This document shows positions 59,283 to 64,000 of a stretch of 64,000 nucleotides of DNA, piece by piece (positions within the stretch are counted from its first letter, which is position 1; the number at the start of each line of letters is the position of its first letter). The stretch is from positions 21,646,421 to 21,710,420 of the forward strand of contig JASCQW010000109.1 in the NCBI GenBank assembly GCA_030264375.1. The letters run 5' to 3'. A program made the position numbers and the translations under genes. Source of the DNA: Carcharhinus longimanus (Eukaryota). Under the pieces are notes generated by a model, which was not told the origin of the DNA, did not search any database, and was given only the letters and a program-made list of their open reading frames with translations.

Positions 59283-60257
59283 TCAACATTAGTGCTTTAC
59301 AAAGCAAGTCTTTCTCCTCTTGTTGTAGAATATATTCAAAAACTATTAATGGTACGCTGTCAGTTCCAAATGGTGTAAAGAAGCATAGAGGTTATACCAT
59401 TTGATGTTCATATTATTTGCTTCACATTGGTCAGTATGTTTCAAAAATAATTAATTGTAAGAAATACTTTGAGTCACTTTCACATGGCAAGGAATAATAT
59501 AACTGCAATATTGGTATGCCTTTTGCAGTGATACCAAGGCTCTAAGGACTCATTGTTATTTAGGACAAATTGGAAAGCAGGTTCTGGCATTGTGCATGCA
59601 TTGTTAAACACGGACACCCTAGTTTTTTTAAGAGATGACCTGCTCCCCTGCTATTGCTGTTTTCACCAACAATGATATTACAATGATTGCAATGATCTGA
59701 ACTTGTCCCCTATTTCGACCCAGAAATGATTGTGAATGTTAGTACTGTTGTGTTTAAGCGTAGGTAAGATTTAAAACTCTGTAATGGATGGTAATTAATG
59801 CTGCGTGACATACCTGACCCTGAAAATTTAATTTTAAAAGTGTAGAATTTCATTCCCTAAGTAGAAAATTAATATTGGAGATTTTTTTAAAAAGAGAATT
59901 TTTGGTTTTCTCTCTCTCATCTCTTTAATGCCATATGTTTTTTTCCAGCCTTCTTATTTATCCATGCATAAGATTTAAATGACTTTATGTTTCCTGTTTA
60001 GAATTTGCTTGGCTTAGTGAGGATTAATCAAACTGATTGACTGAGCAGCCTTGCTGTTTCTTGCCCTGTTTACAGACATTACTGATCCCCTGTAGAGGTC
60101 GCTGCACAAAAAGAGATGCTGGATTATTGGAAATCTCTACTGACAAGCCTACAAAAAGTCTGTAGAAATTTGTCAGCGAGGTGAATGGCAGCAGGTGTTC
60201 CTCTTCATAGAGTGAAAAATCCAGGCCATTAAACTCCATCACGTTTGATAGAGATAT

Positions 60258-60425
60258 TGAAATTGCAAACTGGATATACTCAGCAGATCAGATGCATGTG
60301 TGCAGAGGGAAAGAGTTAACATTTCAGGTCGATGTCTTTCATCGGACCTGTGAGCTTGAACTGCTCTGTATTTCCAGCATTTTCTGCATTTATTTCAGAC
60401 TCCAGCGTCTACAATATGTTGATCT
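60258..60425. mobile_element. Penelope-derived inverted-end short element with decayed hammerhead
   Basis: CTGGATATACTCAGCAGATC ... CTGCTCTGTATTTCCAGCATTTTCTG inverted arms; minus-strand CCGATGAAAG..CCTGAAATGTTAAC. Confidence 0.55.
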
Positions 60426-60429
60426 TGAT

Positions 60430-60780
60430 TCAAGTGTAGACCATCCCGATGATACAGCCTCCACTTGTGCCAGTGCCCCATAAACTAGCACCCACTTCTC
60501 CCACACCGATCTTTGAGTCATGTATCTCTCTAACTTTATGTATGCTATGCCAATTTACACATGGCTTAAGTAATAACCCAGGGAATATAAACGTGAAGGT
60601 TCTGCTTAATTTAGTGCCCAGCTCTTCATCCTCTCTATGCAGAATCTCTTTCCTAATTCTACCTATGTCATCGGTACCTACATGGACCATGACCACTGTA
60701 ACCACCCCATCCCACTGTGGGTTCCTCTCCATCCCTGAGCAGAAGCCCCAATCTCTGGCACTGGGCAGGCAACGTGGCAG
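60430..60780 (-). mobile_element. CR1 ORF1 esterase fragment
   Basis: ORF 60430-60732 VVMVHVGTDDIGRIRKEILHREDEELGTKL (SGNH block VHVGTND). Confidence 0.88.
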
Positions 60781-60799
60781 GGTGATTTTTTGCTTTTTG

Positions 60800-61735
60800 C
60801 TGCAGAATCACAGAGATGTATAGCACTGGCCCATCACTTCTGCGTCGGTCAAAGACAAACCACCCAAATATTGTAATCTCATTTTCCAGCATTTGGTCAT
60901 AGCCTTGGACATCTGGCATCGCAAGTACACATCTAAATACTACTTAAATGTTATAGGGGTCTCTGCCTTCACCACCCTTTCAAGCATTGAGTTCCAGACT
61001 CCTGCCAACTTTTGGGGAAAAAAAGTTTTTCCCTACATCCCCTCTAAACATCCAACCCTTACCTTAAATCTATGCCTAGTCATTGATCCCTCCATCAAGG
61101 AGAAAAGTTTCAAGCTCAATGCCCCTATTTTTTTTTCATCTCAATCATCTCAGTCTCCTCTGCTCCAAGGAAAACAAACCCAGTCTATTCAATTTCTCCT
61201 CATAACCAAGACTCTCCAGCTCAGGCAACATCCTGGTAAATCTCCTCTGCACCCTTTCCAGAGCTAACACATTCCTCCCATAATGTGGATTCCGGAAGTG
61301 CTCTTCCACAGCTGTGCACTTGTCTTGCCCAAGTGCATCACCTCATACTTCTACAGATTGAATTCCATTTGCCACTGATTAGTCCTTCTGACCAGCCTGC
61401 CTATATCCTTCTATAATTTAAGGCTATTCTCACTATTTATCACCCTCCTTGAAGTTAATGATCATCCTTTCTACATTCAAATCTTAATCATTTTTATAAA
61501 CTACAAACAGCAAGGGCCCCAACAGTGATTCCTGCAGGACCCCACTGGACACAGTTTTCCAGTCAGAACAGCATCCCTCAACCATCACCCTCTGCTTCCT
61601 GCCACTCAGCCAATTTGGGATCCAATATGGCAAATTTCCTTGGATCCGAAAGGCTCTCACCTTTACCATCAGTTGTCCAAGGTGGGACCTTGTCAAAAAT
61701 CTTGCTGAAGTCCAAAAAGACTATGTCAAATCCAG
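60800..61735 (-). mobile_element. CR1 LINE RT and 3' end, internally deleted
   Basis: ORF 61484-61696 KVRAFRIQGNLPYWIPNWLSGRKQRVMVEG..VSSGVLQESLLGPLLFVVYKND; LDFSKIFDKVP. Confidence 0.9.
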
Positions 61736-62209
61736 TGAAAGTTGTACGTTAAGGTCCAAGAATATTTTAGTGTTCCACCAAAATCATTATTAGCATCATC
61801 CTCTATGGATATATTGCTTCCAGCAGAAACCTGTATGAGTGATTTCGGTATCCCAGACCTGCACTGCTGATTTTTTTGTTGAGACATCCATCCTCCAGTT
61901 AATGGAAAGACCAGTTGTACTCACTAAAATAATTTCTGCAATCAGGGATTAATGCAAGCTATGGGGGAAGAGGTAATCACATGAAGAAAATATTTAAAGG
62001 AAAGTTTCAGTCTGACTCTTTACCTTATTGAAGCATAGCAGTTTAGAGGAGATGCTTTGTTGCCTTTCTGTTGAAGTTACCAGAACAAGGCTGATTTTTT
62101 TTAACTGACAGATTTCATATTCTCAGGAACAGAATATTCATTTTGTGTAAGAAATGCAGAAATGTTATGGATTATCAAATTAATGGTACAAATGTTGCTG
62201 CTTATACTT

Positions 62210-63580
62210 GAACATACATAGAAAATAAAATCCTTCGCGCGTGCTCCATCATTCATTATGATCATGGCCGATCATCAAATTCAATACCCTGATTTCTGCA
62301 CCCCCCCTCCATATCCCTTAATCCTTTTAGCCCCAAGAACTGTATCTAATTTATTCTTTAAATTACACAATGCTTTGTCTCAACTACTTTCTGTGGTAGT
62401 GAATTCCACAGATTCATCAATCTCTGGCTGAAGAAATTTCTCCTCGCTTTCCAAAACTGTTTCCCCTTATCCTGAAACTATGACCCCTAGTTCTGGATTC
62501 GGCCACCATCTGGAACGTTCTTCCTGAATATTCTCTGTCTAATCCTGATTGAATTTGATAAGTTTCTATGAGATTACCTCTCAATCTTCTAAACCTCAAT
62601 GAATATAATCCTAACCAACTAGGTCCCTCTTCACATGACAGTCCTGCCATTCCAGGAATCAACCTGGTAAACCTTCACTGCACTCCCTTCAAAGCAAAAG
62701 CATACTTCCTCAGATAAGGACACCAAAACTGCACACACTACTCCAGGTGTGGCATCACCAATGTCTTATACAATTATAGTCAAACATTCCTATTCCTATA
62801 CTCAAATCCTTTTACTATGAAGGCCAATATACTATTTGTCTTCTTTATTGCCTGCTGTACTTGCACACTTATTTTCAGTGAGTGATGCATGAGGACACCA
62901 GGGTCTCACTGAGTATCTCAATCTACACATATTCAAATAGTAATCTGCCTTGCTATTTTGGCTATGGAAGTGGATAACATCTCATTTATTCACATTATAC
63001 TGCATCTGCCATGCATATGCCCACTCACTCAATCTGTCCAAATCATGCTGAAGCATCTCTGCATACTCCTTGCAGCTTATCCTCCACCCAAACTTGTATC
63101 ATCTGCAAAATCGGAGATAGATCATATATTCCCCTTGTCTCAATCATTAATATATGTGCCCACGAGTCACTGCCTGCCAATCAGAAAAAGGCCCATTTAT
63201 TCCATCTCTTTGCTTCCTGTTTGCTAACCAGCATTCTATCCGTCTCAAGGCACTGCCCACATTCCCATGTGCTTTAACTTTACATAGTAATCTGCTTTGT
63301 GAGAACTTGTTAAACACCTCCTGAAAGTCTAAATAACCTACATCCACTTGTTCTCCCTGGTCAACTCTACTAGTTACATCCTCAAAGAATGCCAGTAGAT
63401 TTATCAAGCATGATTTCCCTATTGTAAATCCATACTAACTTTGTCTGATCATACCACAGCATTTGGAAGGCAGTGGTATAAAATCCTTCATAATGGATTC
63501 CAACAATGTTTGGCTCACTGTTCTCATGTTCCCTGTTTTCTCCCTACCTCTCTTTTTGAGTAACATGATCATATTTACTA
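62210..63580 (-). mobile_element. CR1 LINE RT and 3' end
   Basis: ORFs 63147-63407 (NLLAFFEDVTSRVDQGEQVDVGYLDFQ..) and 62417-62662 (GLYSLRFRRLRGNLIETY..SRTRGHS); DFADDTSLG at ~63090-63115. Confidence 0.93.
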
Positions 63581-64000
63581 AAGCATTCATTATTTCAAAA
63601 TGTGTTTTAATTTAGATATTATGAAGAACAGATTTTTTTTAGGCAAACGTTTTAAACACTTGCCTGATGTCGGAATGTTATGACACACTGAAAGGCACAA
63701 TTATCTTGTGTAAAATATGAACATTTTATTTTACTTGAACATTCACAGATCTTCCAAGACATTGCTCACAATGAGTTGGAGGTTACAACATTCTGGGCAT
63801 GAGACTCTGATGTGTAGTAAGGGAGGAATGAATATCTCCATTGAGAGGTCTTAAGTAAAATTTTGTCAGAGATTTTCTCAGGGCAGTATCTGTTTTCTGC
63901 ATATTTTCCTGAAACCAAATCAAAATAATGTTTCCCTTCCTCGGAAACTGAGCATGAATAATAATGAAACTTAAAAGAGGATTTTCATTGGCTTCTAAAC

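Overview
AT-rich eukaryotic non-coding DNA with 7 N-gaps. The repeat repertoire (HE1-type V-SINEs, Deu-domain SINEs, CR1, Rex1/Babar, RTE, L2, Penelope, PIF/Harbinger, Gypsy and Copia LTR elements) points to a cartilaginous fish such as a shark; this is an inference. I could not recognise any intact host protein-coding gene, rRNA, tRNA or CRISPR array, and the ORFs I could assign are decayed retroelement or transposase fragments. The window is probably a large intron or intergenic region with a few candidate + strand exons and several repeat-free blocks that may be conserved enhancers. The best-supported unusual structures are: (1) a CR1 ORF1 split by a ~6 kb TG...CA-bounded segment with a CCAC target-site duplication, whose interior is an unrelated truncated GalEa-like Copia element plus ordinary genomic DNA; (2) that Copia element, with a tRNA-iMet primer site; (3) an apparently intact minimal hammerhead ribozyme in a Penelope terminus; (4) a solo LTR inserted antisense into the gag of a related Gypsy. 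Family names come from recalled motifs, not database searches, and boundaries of old repeats are approximate. I found no convincing evidence of a wholly new biological system.
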